A stretch of 64,000 nucleotides of DNA. It comes from Gammaproteobacteria bacterium (GTDB lineage Bacteria; Pseudomonadota; Gammaproteobacteria; Chromatiales; Chromatiaceae). Positions 20,291 to 29,563 of this stretch are shown in pieces (the first letter of the stretch is position 1; each line of letters begins with the position of its first letter). Under the pieces are notes generated by a model. The model was not told the origin of the DNA. It ran no database searches and saw only the letters and a list, made by a program, of their open reading frames with translations. A program made the position numbers and the translations under genes. The DNA is taken from contig JAAGZL010000342.1 in the NCBI GenBank assembly GCA_024206335.1, positions 747 to 64,746 of the forward strand, written 5' to 3'.

Positions 20291-20697
20291 CACTGCCAGA
20301 AAACGGGACGCAGGCAGGGATGCGCCTGGACAAGTGGCTCTGGGCAGCCCGCTTCTTCAAGACCCGTAAACTGGCCGTGGAGGCCATCAATGGTGGCAAG
20401 GTTCATCTCAACGGAAAACGGGCAAAACCAGGAAGGGAGATAAAACCAGGTTCACAGCTGGAGATCCATAAGGGTTCATTCGCTTGGGATATTACGGTAC
20501 AAGTTATCCCAAAACAGCGACGCCCCGCCTCTGAGAGCATCCACTTCTACCAGGAAACCGAAGAGAGCATCAAACGCCGGGAACAGCTATCAGAAGAGCA
20601 GCGGCGTCTACGCAGCAATGCACCGCACTCAGACAAGGGACGCCCCACCAAGCGCGACCGCAGACAGATACACCGTTTTACCAGCAGGGACGAGTAA
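20287..20697 (+). CDS. hslR: Ribosome-associated heat shock protein Hsp15 (S4 RNA-binding domain)
   Basis: MRLDKWLWAARFFKTRKLAVEAINGGKVHLNGKRAKPG is the Hsp15 S4 motif. ATGA overlap with the grxC stop. Confidence 0.8.
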   Translation: MTLPENGTQAGMRLDKWLWAARFFKTRKLAVEAINGGKVHLNGKRAKPGREIKPGSQLEIHKGSFAWDITVQVIPKQRRPASESIHFYQETEESIKRREQLSEEQRRLRSNAPHSDKGRPTKRDRRQIHRFTSRDE

Positions 20698-20739
20698 CCG
20701 GCAGGATAGCTACCACCACCCTGATCAACATACTACCGG

Positions 20740-21138
20740 TCAGGCACCACAACTCTGACCAAACAACTCCAGTTCAACCTCTTGCTGTACTCTGTCCCTG
20801 CAGTGCACTATATGGTTATCAGTCAGGGTTACATCGCCCATTATTTCAAGCATGGACGCTTGATCAATATCGAACATGGCCACGGCGCATATCGCCTCCT
20901 TGTCGGCGTCGTTATCGGCCTTCTCCAACAGTTCCACCGTTGGAATGCCCTCCATATGACGCTGAACAAACCACTTTCTGAGTAGGTCCATGGGGATATT
21001 ACAGAAGCAGTGCTTCGGGTGTGGTAAATGAGCGGTGAGTTTCATACTGCTGCCCCCATTGCTATCGACCATCAAATCCGGCCTACACCCCTGACTTATA
21101 CGCCCATTGGCAGGCATCTGTCCAATAGGAGGTTGCAC
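20740..21138 (-). CDS. Hypothetical protein downstream of dsrR (start uncertain, possibly 21045)
   Basis: ORF only. No recognisable motif. Same strand as, and directly after, the dsr cluster. Confidence 0.4.
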   Translation of the reverse strand: MQPPIGQMPANGRISQGCRPDLMVDSNGGSSMKLTAHLPHPKHCFCNIPMDLLRKWFVQRHMEGIPTVELLEKADNDADKEAICAVAMFDIDQASMLEIMGDVTLTDNHIVHCRDRVQQEVELELFGQSCGA

Positions 21139-21188
21139 TCAAATCTCTATTCAGGGCCCTGCGATGCAGAATAAGCGATACCTATGGT

Positions 21189-21503
21189 TCAGCTTCCTTC
21201 AGGCGGTATATATGTCTCATCATTCGGATTCATGAAGATAAACCTGAACTCATCTTCAGCAACGGCCAGATAGTCCATGGTCGCCCCTTCTAACAGGCGC
21301 ACATATTTTGGTTCTATAACAATCTCTATATCGCCGGCCTGAACATGAATATCATCATCTTTAGCCGCATCAAATCCAATCAGATAGACTATGGAACCAT
21401 CCTCTTTCATCTCTGCGGCCAAACGCAGTGGGTCGCCAACAGAGTCATTGGTCTCGGCTGATAGTTTTACCTGTTGTATAGCTGCATCTGTTAGTTTAAG
21501 CAT
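21189..21503 (-). CDS. dsrR: DsrR (IscA/HesB-like protein without the cluster-binding cysteines)
   Basis: A-type carrier fold pattern (LKLTDAAIQQVK...LRL...GF...FIFMNPN) with no Cys at all. It follows dsrN, as in Allochromatium vinosum. ATG at 21503 preceded by GAGGTGAG. Confidence 0.7.
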   Translation of the reverse strand: MLKLTDAAIQQVKLSAETNDSVGDPLRLAAEMKEDGSIVYLIGFDAAKDDDIHVQAGDIEIVIEPKYVRLLEGATMDYLAVAEDEFRFIFMNPNDETYIPPEGS

Positions 21504-21591
21504 ACTCACCTCTGGTTGAATCAAATTCCATATCTACTCTTAGGTTAGATCTACCAGAAACGCTATCGCTTATTCTGGCCTACGACAAGGC

Positions 21592-22983
21592 TCAAACCGT
21601 AGCCTGTCCTTCCTTCACACTGCGTACATGGGCAAGAAAACGCTTGGTCCAGTGATTACCAGCAACATCCCGAATATGGGTGTAGTTTGCCAGCATATTT
21701 TTATACACAATTCCATCATGGCTGCCATCTATCCCGGTACCACGCAGTACCTCGTAGGCATACTCCAGATCACAGTCCAGGTTCTCCAGCGCCGAGTAGT
21801 GGAACTCATGCGCAGCAATCTCAATCGGTCCCTCAGCCTCGGCCGGCCAGGGTCCATTTCCGGTCTCACGCAGTCGCACATAGCCCCTGCCCTGTGGCCT
21901 CTCATGCATGACCACGTCCCCGGGCAGAGCACCTACCATGGAGAATGTCTTCCCTTTCCAGGTCATGGTGCGCGCCAGATACATCAAGCCACCACACTCT
22001 GCGTATACCGGCCCACCGGACTCTATATACCCAAGCAGGTCGGCCCGCAGACTGGCATTGGCCTCCAACTGCTCCATAACCATCTCTGGAAACCCCCCAC
22101 CCAGGAAGATCCCATCCAGCTGCGGAAGTGCCGGATCGTGCAGGGTATCAATAGGCAATAGCTCTGCACCACCATCGCGCAACGCCTGCAGATCACCCGG
22201 ATAGTAGAAGCCGAAGGCCCGGTCTCTGGCATAGCCTATACGAACCGGTGGTTCCTGATTGGTGTGTACGACCGTCTCTGTATCCAGAGTGATGGCAGGA
22301 GTTGCCGTTGCAGCTATATCCAACACCCTTTGCAGATCAACCTGAGAGGCCACCGCCGCCCCCAGCATATCAATCTTTCTCTTGGCCCTGTCCGCCTCAT
22401 TGCTCGGCATCAGGCCCAGATGGCGCTCTTCAATCACCAGATCCGGATTGCTATGTACCGCACCCACCACCGGCACATCAGTATAGTGTTCAATCACATT
22501 GCACAGCTTGGCTTCATGACGGCTGCCGCCCACTTTGTTCAGGATAACACCGGCAATGTTCAGATCCTGATCAAAGGCCTGATAACCAAGGATCAGGGGG
22601 GCAATGCCTCTAGTCATGCCACGAGCATCAATCACCAGGATTACTGGGGATCCCAAAAGATTGGCCAGGGCTGCATTACTGTTGCTGCCGTGCAGGTCCA
22701 ACCCGTCATACAGACCCTTATTACCCTCAATCACCCCTATATCAGCCGTAGCCATGGAAGCGGAAAAACCCTGCTCTATCTCCTGGCGCTGCATGGTAAA
22801 AAAATCCAGATTCAGACAGGGACGATTACAGGTGGCAGACAACCAGAGAGGGTCGATATAATCCGGCCCCTTCTTGAACGGCTGCACGGCCAGCCCCCTA
22901 TCGCGCAGGGCGGCACTCAATCCGATGGAAAGGGTGGTTTTGCCCGAGGACTTATGGGCGGCAGAGATAAAGAAGTGCGACAT
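21592..22983 (-). CDS. dsrN: DsrN, cobyrinic acid a,c-diamide synthase homolog (siroheme amidase)
   Basis: MSHFFISAAHKSSGKTTLSIGL...FKKGPDYIDP (CbiA/CobB P-loop) plus a C-terminal glutamine amidotransferase domain (AECGGLMYL). Located inside the dsr cluster. Confidence 0.85.
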   Translation of the reverse strand: MSHFFISAAHKSSGKTTLSIGLSAALRDRGLAVQPFKKGPDYIDPLWLSATCNRPCLNLDFFTMQRQEIEQGFSASMATADIGVIEGNKGLYDGLDLHGSNSNAALANLLGSPVILVIDARGMTRGIAPLILGYQAFDQDLNIAGVILNKVGGSRHEAKLCNVIEHYTDVPVVGAVHSNPDLVIEERHLGLMPSNEADRAKRKIDMLGAAVASQVDLQRVLDIAATATPAITLDTETVVHTNQEPPVRIGYARDRAFGFYYPGDLQALRDGGAELLPIDTLHDPALPQLDGIFLGGGFPEMVMEQLEANASLRADLLGYIESGGPVYAECGGLMYLARTMTWKGKTFSMVGALPGDVVMHERPQGRGYVRLRETGNGPWPAEAEGPIEIAAHEFHYSALENLDCDLEYAYEVLRGTGIDGSHDGIVYKNMLANYTHIRDVAGNHWTKRFLAHVRSVKEGQATV

Positions 22984-23022
22984 AATAGCGATTGATTGTA
23001 CGAGATATCAGCAGGGATTAAA

Positions 23023-23048
23023 AAGCCCAATGCCGTGGCATTGGGCTT
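23023..23048 (-). terminator. Terminator/attenuator-like hairpin between dsrP and dsrN
   Basis: Perfect 12-bp arms AAGCCCAATGCC / GGCATTGGGCTT. On the minus-strand RNA the stem runs into UUUUUAAU. Confidence 0.5.
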
Positions 23049-23083
23049 ATAACCAATCTCAGCACGATCCGGTTCAGTATGAA

Positions 23084-24280
23084 TCAGATGCTGTCCGGGT
23101 CTTCCAGACTATCCGGTAACATCGGGAACATACGGGCCGCCACAGCAACAATGGTCATGGCCACAACCACCCCGCCAAAGCCCAGCATGGCCTCAGGCAA
23201 CGTGGGTACATAGCTATTAACCATTCCATCAAAAAAGCTGCTCTCAACCACCTCTTTACCCGGAAACAGGGTCATGGGGAAGGCCTGGCCTCCGATCACA
23301 ATCACGTATATCTGAAAGAAGCCACCCACCAACACCAGCACCGAAGCTGCCATCACAGCAAAACGCGAAGCGGAAAAGGCCGGGGAGTAGATCAGGAATA
23401 GTGGGATAACCCCACCAATCAACACCTGTCCAATCCAGAACATCTTGGTGTAGACACCACCTTCCAACAGGATAAAGTTCTCAATTCCATGGTGTTGGGT
23501 AATATAGAGATTGCTCAGATGATATACCGTGGCAAAGTATAGTACTGCCGCAACAAATACCCCCAGCAGGTTCCTCAGCTTGGCTATGCGCACATCACCT
23601 ATTTTACGGTCATCCCACCAGTAGGCAGCCATCAGTGTAATAATAAAAAATGCCAACCCATAGCTAAATGACATGATGATAAACATAGGCGCCATAATGG
23701 CTGCATCATACGCCTCACGCGCCACCAGGAAACCAAAGATGGAACCGGTACCAGTGGTCAGTGCCAGACGCCACAGAAATGCGGTGATACCAAGGGGCCG
23801 ATACAGGGCCTTGCCCTTACGGTCGATCATGGCCCACAGATAAAATCCAACAATGACAAAGAAGCCGGTATACAGGTAGATATTCCAGGCAAAGATGGAC
23901 TTGAAGTTGTACTTGGTCATGGCGATGATCAGGCGATCCGGGCGACCCAGATCAAGCACCAACACCATCAGGCCACCAGCCAGCAACGCAATGGCCAATA
24001 TACTGGAGAAGCGACCCAGAGGCTTATACATGGGACCGCCAAACACCGAGCCGATGGATGCCACATTCAGGGCGCCAGAGGCGGCCACGATCAGGAAGAT
24101 GGCAAATACATGGGGCAGACCCCAGACTATCTGGTTGGTCATGCCGGTCACATAGTGGCCGTTGTGTTCCATGTGGTACACAGACACAAGCGCCAGTAAG
24201 ATCAGAAAGGCCATGACGCCCATGCCAGTCCAGAAACGGGGTGATTCACACCCTAATTCGCGATAGTTAATCTTTTCCAT
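23084..24280 (-). CDS. dsrP: DsrP, NrfD/PsrC-like integral membrane quinone-interacting subunit
   Basis: 398 aa, about 10 TM helices, NrfD-like. Sits between dsrO and dsrN. Confidence 0.85.
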   Translation of the reverse strand: MEKINYRELGCESPRFWTGMGVMAFLILLALVSVYHMEHNGHYVTGMTNQIVWGLPHVFAIFLIVAASGALNVASIGSVFGGPMYKPLGRFSSILAIALLAGGLMVLVLDLGRPDRLIIAMTKYNFKSIFAWNIYLYTGFFVIVGFYLWAMIDRKGKALYRPLGITAFLWRLALTTGTGSIFGFLVAREAYDAAIMAPMFIIMSFSYGLAFFIITLMAAYWWDDRKIGDVRIAKLRNLLGVFVAAVLYFATVYHLSNLYITQHHGIENFILLEGGVYTKMFWIGQVLIGGVIPLFLIYSPAFSASRFAVMAASVLVLVGGFFQIYVIVIGGQAFPMTLFPGKEVVESSFFDGMVNSYVPTLPEAMLGFGGVVVAMTIVAVAARMFPMLPDSLEDPDSI

Positions 24281-24299
24281 CGAGTAGGCCCCTATACGG

Positions 24300-25076
24300 C
24301 TAGACGTTCGTGTACCGAACAGCAGTGTTCAACTTAAGATCTTCACGCAGCTGGCGGCTGTGGCTCTGCTTCAGCACCTTGGATACGGCGCTGTTAGGAT
24401 CCTTTAGATCCCCAAAGACAATGGCGTTATGACCCTCTTTGCTACAGGCTTCAGCACAGGCGGTATTGCCATCACCGGCATCCAGGCGGTTGGCGCAGAG
24501 ATTACATGCCTCAACACAACCCTTTCCGCGTGGGGATTCCACCACCTGCTCTGCCACATCGGCATGGATAAAGGAACGCGCCTTGTATGGGCAGGCCATC
24601 ATGCAGTAGCGACAACCGATGCAGATATGACGATCAACCATGACGATACCATCGGCACGCTTGAATGAAGCGCCGGTAGGACATACATCCACACATGGCG
24701 CCTCTTCACAGTGCTGACACATCAGCGGCAGGTTGCTCACCATTCCGGTCTGGGTATCCTTCAGTTTTACCTTGCGAATCCACTGCGGGCGCTGCTCATC
24801 CCACATCGCATCCGAATGACCTTCAGGCTTTTTCACCAGATCGATGCCATTCTCCTTCTCACAAGCAGAGACACAGGAGGAACATCCATCCGCACACTTA
24901 TTTGTGTAAATCAGCATGCCCCAGCGGGTGTTGCTGGAAGCGGCCTTCGTAGCGGCATTGGCATCAGCCGTAGTAAGAAGCACGCCTGGAGCAATCGTGG
25001 CCGTAGAGGCAGCGATTACTGACTTAGTGAGAAATTCACGTCGCTTCATATCTGGTTGTTGTTTGCGGTTACTCAT
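24300..25076 (-). CDS. dsrO: DsrO, periplasmic 4Fe-4S ferredoxin-like subunit (Tat signal)
   Basis: Twin-arginine signal KRREFLTKS and several CxxCxxCxxxCP ferredoxin motifs (CIGCRYCMMACP, CQHCEEAPCVDVCP). The ATG at 25076 is preferred over the upstream start at 25109, which would overlap dsrJ. Confidence 0.85.
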   Translation of the reverse strand: MSNRKQQPDMKRREFLTKSVIAASTATIAPGVLLTTADANAATKAASSNTRWGMLIYTNKCADGCSSCVSACEKENGIDLVKKPEGHSDAMWDEQRPQWIRKVKLKDTQTGMVSNLPLMCQHCEEAPCVDVCPTGASFKRADGIVMVDRHICIGCRYCMMACPYKARSFIHADVAEQVVESPRGKGCVEACNLCANRLDAGDGNTACAEACSKEGHNAIVFGDLKDPNSAVSKVLKQSHSRQLREDLKLNTAVRYTNV

Positions 25077-25078
25077 AT

Positions 25079-25471
25079 TCACTTCTCCTCCGGCACCTTG
25101 CGGTGACACTGGAAACAGGTGATATTCACCGCCGCATAGTCATGACAAGAATCGCAAAACTGATCTTTTGCATTAACCGGCACCGGGTGTCCCTTCTTAT
25201 CTTTTGAGGCATGACAGTTGACGCATTCGGCCAGGGCGAATTTACTGCTCCTGTCACCCTTATGTACTACCTCGTCCCGCTGGTGCTTGAGATATTCCAT
25301 GTGGTTGCGCCGCATATCCATCTGGGGGGCAACACATCCACCCTTATCCATACCTGCAGCCTTTGATCCTTCTACAACGGTCGAATCACTGATGGCGGCG
25401 GTGGCGAATGAGAGCAATACGCTTGCCACCATCATGACCGCTACCCGTTTGAGGTCTATTAACCTATGCAT
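25079..25471 (-). CDS. dsrJ: DsrJ, triheme cytochrome c
   Basis: 130 aa, N-terminal signal anchor, three CxxCH motifs (CVNCH, CDSCH, CFQCH). Confidence 0.85.
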   Translation of the reverse strand: MHRLIDLKRVAVMMVASVLLSFATAAISDSTVVEGSKAAGMDKGGCVAPQMDMRRNHMEYLKHQRDEVVHKGDRSSKFALAECVNCHASKDKKGHPVPVNAKDQFCDSCHDYAAVNITCFQCHRKVPEEK

Positions 25472-25501
25472 TACAGCTAAGCTCCTATTGACTGGAGAGG
25501 T

Positions 25502-27037
25502 TTAATCATCATTTTCCTGCTCTTCATCATCACCTTCACTCTTCTGAGTGGTGAGAATGAGGGCATTACCGACCAACTGGTGAACGCTGACGATCTGGTC
25601 CATTTCCATACCGAAGTAAGGCAGCACCTTGGTGAACTGGCTCTTACAGATGGCACAGATGGCGGCCATATGGGTAACGCCTTTTTCATTCATGGCGTTT
25701 TGCAGGGCCGTCATTCTGGGCACTGCACCATTAACCCGGGTCTCCATCAGATCATCGGTCAGCAGGCCACCACCTCCACCACAGCAGAAGGTCTTTTCAC
25801 CGATGGTGTCCTGATGCATGTCCACATAGTTATTGCAGACCGCCTTGATTACGTTGCGCGGAATCTCAAACTGGCCACCTGGCTTATCCCCCATGCGGGT
25901 GGCTCTGGCCACGTTGCAGGAATCATGAAAGGTGAGGACCATATCGTCATTCTGTGACTTATCAAGGTTGAGTCTGCCCTCCTTGATCAAATCATCGGTG
26001 AACTCGCAGATATGCTGCGGCACCGGGTAGTCAGGATCGAGAAAGTCGAATGGGCCAGCCAGGGTATTCAGGAAGGCGTATGCCACACGCCAGGCGTGAC
26101 CACACTCACCAAAAACAATACGCTTTACACCCAGTTCCAATGCAGCCTCACGTACCCGCAACGCCACTCGCCGCATGTTCTCGTAACTGCCAATGAACAT
26201 ACCAAAGTTACCGGCCTCGGAGGCAGTGGTACTCATGGTCCAGCTGATCCCGGCCTCGTGAAACACCTTACCGTAGCCGATCAAACCATCCACATGGGGT
26301 TCAACAAAAAAGTCGGCTGATGGGGTAACCAGCAGAACCTCGGCACCCTTCACGTCCAGTGGGAATTTTACCTCTACGCCAAAGTCATCCACCATGTCCT
26401 CTTCCAGACCTTCGAGGGTATTCTCGATGGCGGGACCGGGCAGACCCAGGTTGTTACCAATCTTATGGACCTTGGCAATGATTTCATTGCAGTACTTCTG
26501 GCCATAGCCAATGCTGTCCAGGATCTCACGTGCCGCCATGGAGATCTCTGCGGTATCTATGCCATAAGGGCAGAATACTGAGCAACGGCGGCACTGGGAG
26601 CACTGATGATAGTAGTTGTACCAGTCATCCAGGGTCTCTCGGGTCAGATCCTCGGCACCCACCAGCTTGGGAAAATACTTACCAGCAAAGGTAAAGTAGC
26701 GCCGGTATACCTTGCGCAGTAGATCCTGACGACCTACCGGCATGTTTTTGGGGTCCTTGGTGCTTAAGAAGTACTGACACTTGTCGGTACAGGAACCGCA
26801 CTTAACGCAGGCATCAAGAAACACCTGGAGCGAACGGTAACGACCGCGTAGATCATCCAGTTTTTCCAGTGCTTTATCGTGCCAATCTTCAACCAGTTCT
26901 CCTGGAAACCCAAGATCTGTATTGTGTTCAGGCTTGGTGACCACGAATGACTTAACGTGCGCCATCGTGCCCTCCTCAACCTCGGGAACATCCACATACT
27001 CTTGGAGTTCTGGTACGTCAAATTCTGCCTTGGCCAT
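25502..27037 (-). CDS. dsrK: DsrK, HdrD-like iron-sulfur catalytic subunit
   Basis: CVKCGSCTDKC and CSQCRRCSVFCP ferredoxin motifs plus CCG domains (FCCGGGGG). Confidence 0.9.
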   Translation of the reverse strand: MAKAEFDVPELQEYVDVPEVEEGTMAHVKSFVVTKPEHNTDLGFPGELVEDWHDKALEKLDDLRGRYRSLQVFLDACVKCGSCTDKCQYFLSTKDPKNMPVGRQDLLRKVYRRYFTFAGKYFPKLVGAEDLTRETLDDWYNYYHQCSQCRRCSVFCPYGIDTAEISMAAREILDSIGYGQKYCNEIIAKVHKIGNNLGLPGPAIENTLEGLEEDMVDDFGVEVKFPLDVKGAEVLLVTPSADFFVEPHVDGLIGYGKVFHEAGISWTMSTTASEAGNFGMFIGSYENMRRVALRVREAALELGVKRIVFGECGHAWRVAYAFLNTLAGPFDFLDPDYPVPQHICEFTDDLIKEGRLNLDKSQNDDMVLTFHDSCNVARATRMGDKPGGQFEIPRNVIKAVCNNYVDMHQDTIGEKTFCCGGGGGLLTDDLMETRVNGAVPRMTALQNAMNEKGVTHMAAICAICKSQFTKVLPYFGMEMDQIVSVHQLVGNALILTTQKSEGDDEEQENDD

Positions 27038-27064
27038 GGAATTTCCTCTTCGGCTCAGCTCAGT

Positions 27065-27799
27065 CTAATTCTGTTCTTCTTCGAGCGCCTTCGCCCATGG
27101 GACGATATGGCGTTTCTCGCGTGGATTATCAACCTGGTTCCTGGTTGGGCTAAAGAAAATACCAGGCACGTGCAGCAACTTGCTAAACGGAAAGATCAGC
27201 ATCAGCAGAGCAACCAGAGAGAGATGGATAATGAGTGGGAAATCAGCCGGCAGCTGTCCACCGTTAAAGGTAAAGAACTGTTTGATGGCGACGATATCCG
27301 TGTGCACTACGAACGTCATCATCAGGCCACTGAACCCGATAAATCCCAGCATTAGCAGCATCAGGTAATCAGATGGCGCTGAGATATAACGCACCCGATC
27401 AACCAGAACACGCCGCAGAAACAGCCCGACCAGCCCCAACACCATGCCAAAACCAGCATACATGCCAAACGGCTGGACCAGTTCAATCAGGGTCCATACC
27501 ACTGCGGGGACGGCATCCGGTTCAATGAAGTAACGCAGATGTCGGATTAATACCAGGAGCAGGGCCATGTGAAAAACCCAGGAAAAGATCCAGGTCCACT
27601 TGGTGCTCTTGAACAGACTCTCGAAAAATACCACTTCCCGGAACATACGTAACACAACACCACTCTTGGTAACAGGTGCTGGTGTAGTAACAATCTTCAA
27701 TGGAACCGGGGTCTTGGCATACTGGATGATCTTCAGCGTCAGGCCCACCACAAAGACAAGGCTTGCGAGAATAAACAGCAGCGCAAAGAAAAATGACAT
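27065..27799 (-). CDS. dsrM: DsrM, NarI-like diheme cytochrome b
   Basis: Five-TM protein with conserved His residues. Sits directly upstream of dsrK. The ATG at 27799 (MSFFFALLF) is preferred over the start at 27844. Confidence 0.85.
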   Translation of the reverse strand: MSFFFALLFILASLVFVVGLTLKIIQYAKTPVPLKIVTTPAPVTKSGVVLRMFREVVFFESLFKSTKWTWIFSWVFHMALLLVLIRHLRYFIEPDAVPAVVWTLIELVQPFGMYAGFGMVLGLVGLFLRRVLVDRVRYISAPSDYLMLLMLGFIGFSGLMMTFVVHTDIVAIKQFFTFNGGQLPADFPLIIHLSLVALLMLIFPFSKLLHVPGIFFSPTRNQVDNPREKRHIVPWAKALEEEQN

Positions 27800-27967
27800 G
27801 ATCCTGCGATCCTCCGTCGGGTTTAACCAGCCCCACAAGAGCACACACCGCAGAATAAAAGCGAGGTTAATGGCCTCCTAATATATAGACGAAAACCGTA
27901 TCTATTATTATTCAGCTATCCAGTTCAGACAGCAACAGCCACGTACTTATGAGGTTCTGGTCTAACT

Positions 27968-27999
27968 GACCGGCAGCAGACTTTTGTCTACTGCCAGTC
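27968..27999 (-). promoter_or_regulatory. 14-bp intercistronic stem-loop just 3' of dsrC
   Basis: Minus-strand RNA GACUGGCAGUAGAC-AAAA-GUCUGCUGCCGGUC (12 Watson-Crick and 2 G-U pairs). No U-tract follows on the coding strand. The A7/T7 tract lies on the dsrC side. Confidence 0.5.
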
Positions 28000-28014
28000 A
28001 TGTTTTTTTACTGC

Positions 28015-28347
28015 TTAGATACAGCCGGTTGGCTTAGGCAGACCAGCATAGCGGCAGGCCTGCTTACCTGGGCCGTATGGGAACAGGGCGTACAGGTATT
28101 TGCTGTTGCCCTTTTCCTTACCAAGCTTCTTACCAACAGCCTTGGTGAGAACACGTACTGCAGGAGCAATCTGATATTCCTGGTAGTACTCACGCAGAAA
28201 GTTAATGATGTCCCAATGCTCATCACCAAGCTCCAGGTCATCCTCTGCAGACATAACGTTTGCAATACCAGGCACCCAGTCGTCCAGGTTTACCAGATAA
28301 CCTTCTTCATCAACTTCATAACTTTTACCGTCTACTTCGATAGCCAT
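28015..28347 (-). CDS. dsrC: DsrC, sulfur-trafficking/heterodisulfide protein
   Basis: 110 aa. The C-terminal arm ...GPGKQACRYAGLPKPTGCI carries both conserved cysteines (CysB in QAC, penultimate CysA). Confidence 0.9.
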   Translation of the reverse strand: MAIEVDGKSYEVDEEGYLVNLDDWVPGIANVMSAEDDLELGDEHWDIINFLREYYQEYQIAPAVRVLTKAVGKKLGKEKGNSKYLYALFPYGPGKQACRYAGLPKPTGCI

Positions 28348-28391
28348 GCACTTTCTCCTAACGTTAATCTATTTGGGGCAGATATTCTGAA

Positions 28392-28697
28392 TCAGACCCA
28401 GGCTTGAACTTTGTCGTGTTCGGCAGACAGGTCTACAAAACCCGCATAGTCCACGATCTCAATTCCATCAATCATCTTATCATCAGTAATGCCACGCGCC
28501 TTCAGGTCAGCACCCAGAGCATACAACTTTACTCCATCGAATCCCGCCACCAATGGCTCAATACTGGCACCCTTAAGAACCGCATAAACTGCATCCTCAT
28601 AGAAGAGTATGGAACTACCCTCTAAAGCATGAGCCAGACAGCTACCAACTGAACTTTTCTCAAAAGGTGATTTATTTACTGTGTGTAAAATACTCAT
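28392..28697 (-). CDS. dsrH: DsrH
   Basis: 101 aa DsrH/TusB fold (MSILHTVNKSPF...SC...). Third gene of the dsrEFH triplet. Confidence 0.85.
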   Translation of the reverse strand: MSILHTVNKSPFEKSSVGSCLAHALEGSSILFYEDAVYAVLKGASIEPLVAGFDGVKLYALGADLKARGITDDKMIDGIEIVDYAGFVDLSAEHDKVQAWV

Positions 28698-28711
28698 TCG
28701 TATGCTCCGCC

Positions 28712-29122
28712 CTAGAAACTGAAAATGACATCCTGCTGATCCAGCACACTGCTGAGTTCAGCACGGCTGACAACACGGATTGAGTCTTTTTCTGCCCAAT
28801 CTTCATCCTCATCTTCCCATTTCAGATCCATCAGATCATCAATGGTCAGGCCACGTTCTTCCAGTGACTCCTGCTCTACGTAAAGTTTGGTGACATCATA
28901 ATCACCCAGAGCGGCATAGGTTGGAGAGAAATTCTTGGTCTCTATATCAGACGTATCCTGGTTCTTCAACAGCTGATACACGCCATCATCAAAGAATGCC
29001 ACGCTGACATCCTGATCAAAGGCAGCACCAATCAAAACAACCTCCAGTGATTCCCAGGCATAGATAGTACCATGGGGAGCACGGCGGTTGACGTACATGA
29101 ATTTTTTAATATCTTCAGACAT
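28712..29122 (-). CDS. dsrF: DsrF
   Basis: 136 aa DsrF/TusC-like, lying between dsrE and dsrH. Confidence 0.85.
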   Translation of the reverse strand: MSEDIKKFMYVNRRAPHGTIYAWESLEVVLIGAAFDQDVSVAFFDDGVYQLLKNQDTSDIETKNFSPTYAALGDYDVTKLYVEQESLEERGLTIDDLMDLKWEDEDEDWAEKDSIRVVSRAELSSVLDQQDVIFSF

Positions 29123-29139
29123 GGATTCAACCTCTGTGC

Positions 29140-29532
29140 TTAATCACCGAAAACGACCAGACGATCGGCCTGGACAGCAGCTTCGATCAACTGCCCCAGC
29201 CCGGAGATACGAAACCCGGGGGCAATATTCTCAGCGTCTTTGCCATTACGTTGCATCTCACCCTCATCCACGATACCGCGACGTTGGGCAGCTGCCACAC
29301 AAACCACCATATCCAGATCATGCTTTTCTGCCAACTCGCTCCAGCGGTTAACAATATTGCGATCATCCTGTGGAGGAGTGGTCAGCTTAGTGCCGTTATT
29401 TACACCATCGTGGTAGAAGAAGACACGAAAGATCTCGTGCCCCTTCTCCAGTGCCGCCTTGGTAAATTGATAGGCGGAATCGGTAGCCTGATGCTGATAT
29501 GGCCCTTCATTTACTTGAATTGAAAACTTCAT
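29140..29532 (-). CDS. dsrE: DsrE
   Basis: 130 aa. MKFSIQVNEGPY... and the active-site Cys context DMVVCVAAAQRRG are typical of DsrE/TusD. Confidence 0.9.
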   Translation of the reverse strand: MKFSIQVNEGPYQHQATDSAYQFTKAALEKGHEIFRVFFYHDGVNNGTKLTTPPQDDRNIVNRWSELAEKHDLDMVVCVAAAQRRGIVDEGEMQRNGKDAENIAPGFRISGLGQLIEAAVQADRLVVFGD

Positions 29533-29563
29533 CTGTTTTCCTTTTAACTTTCGTCAGACCAAC

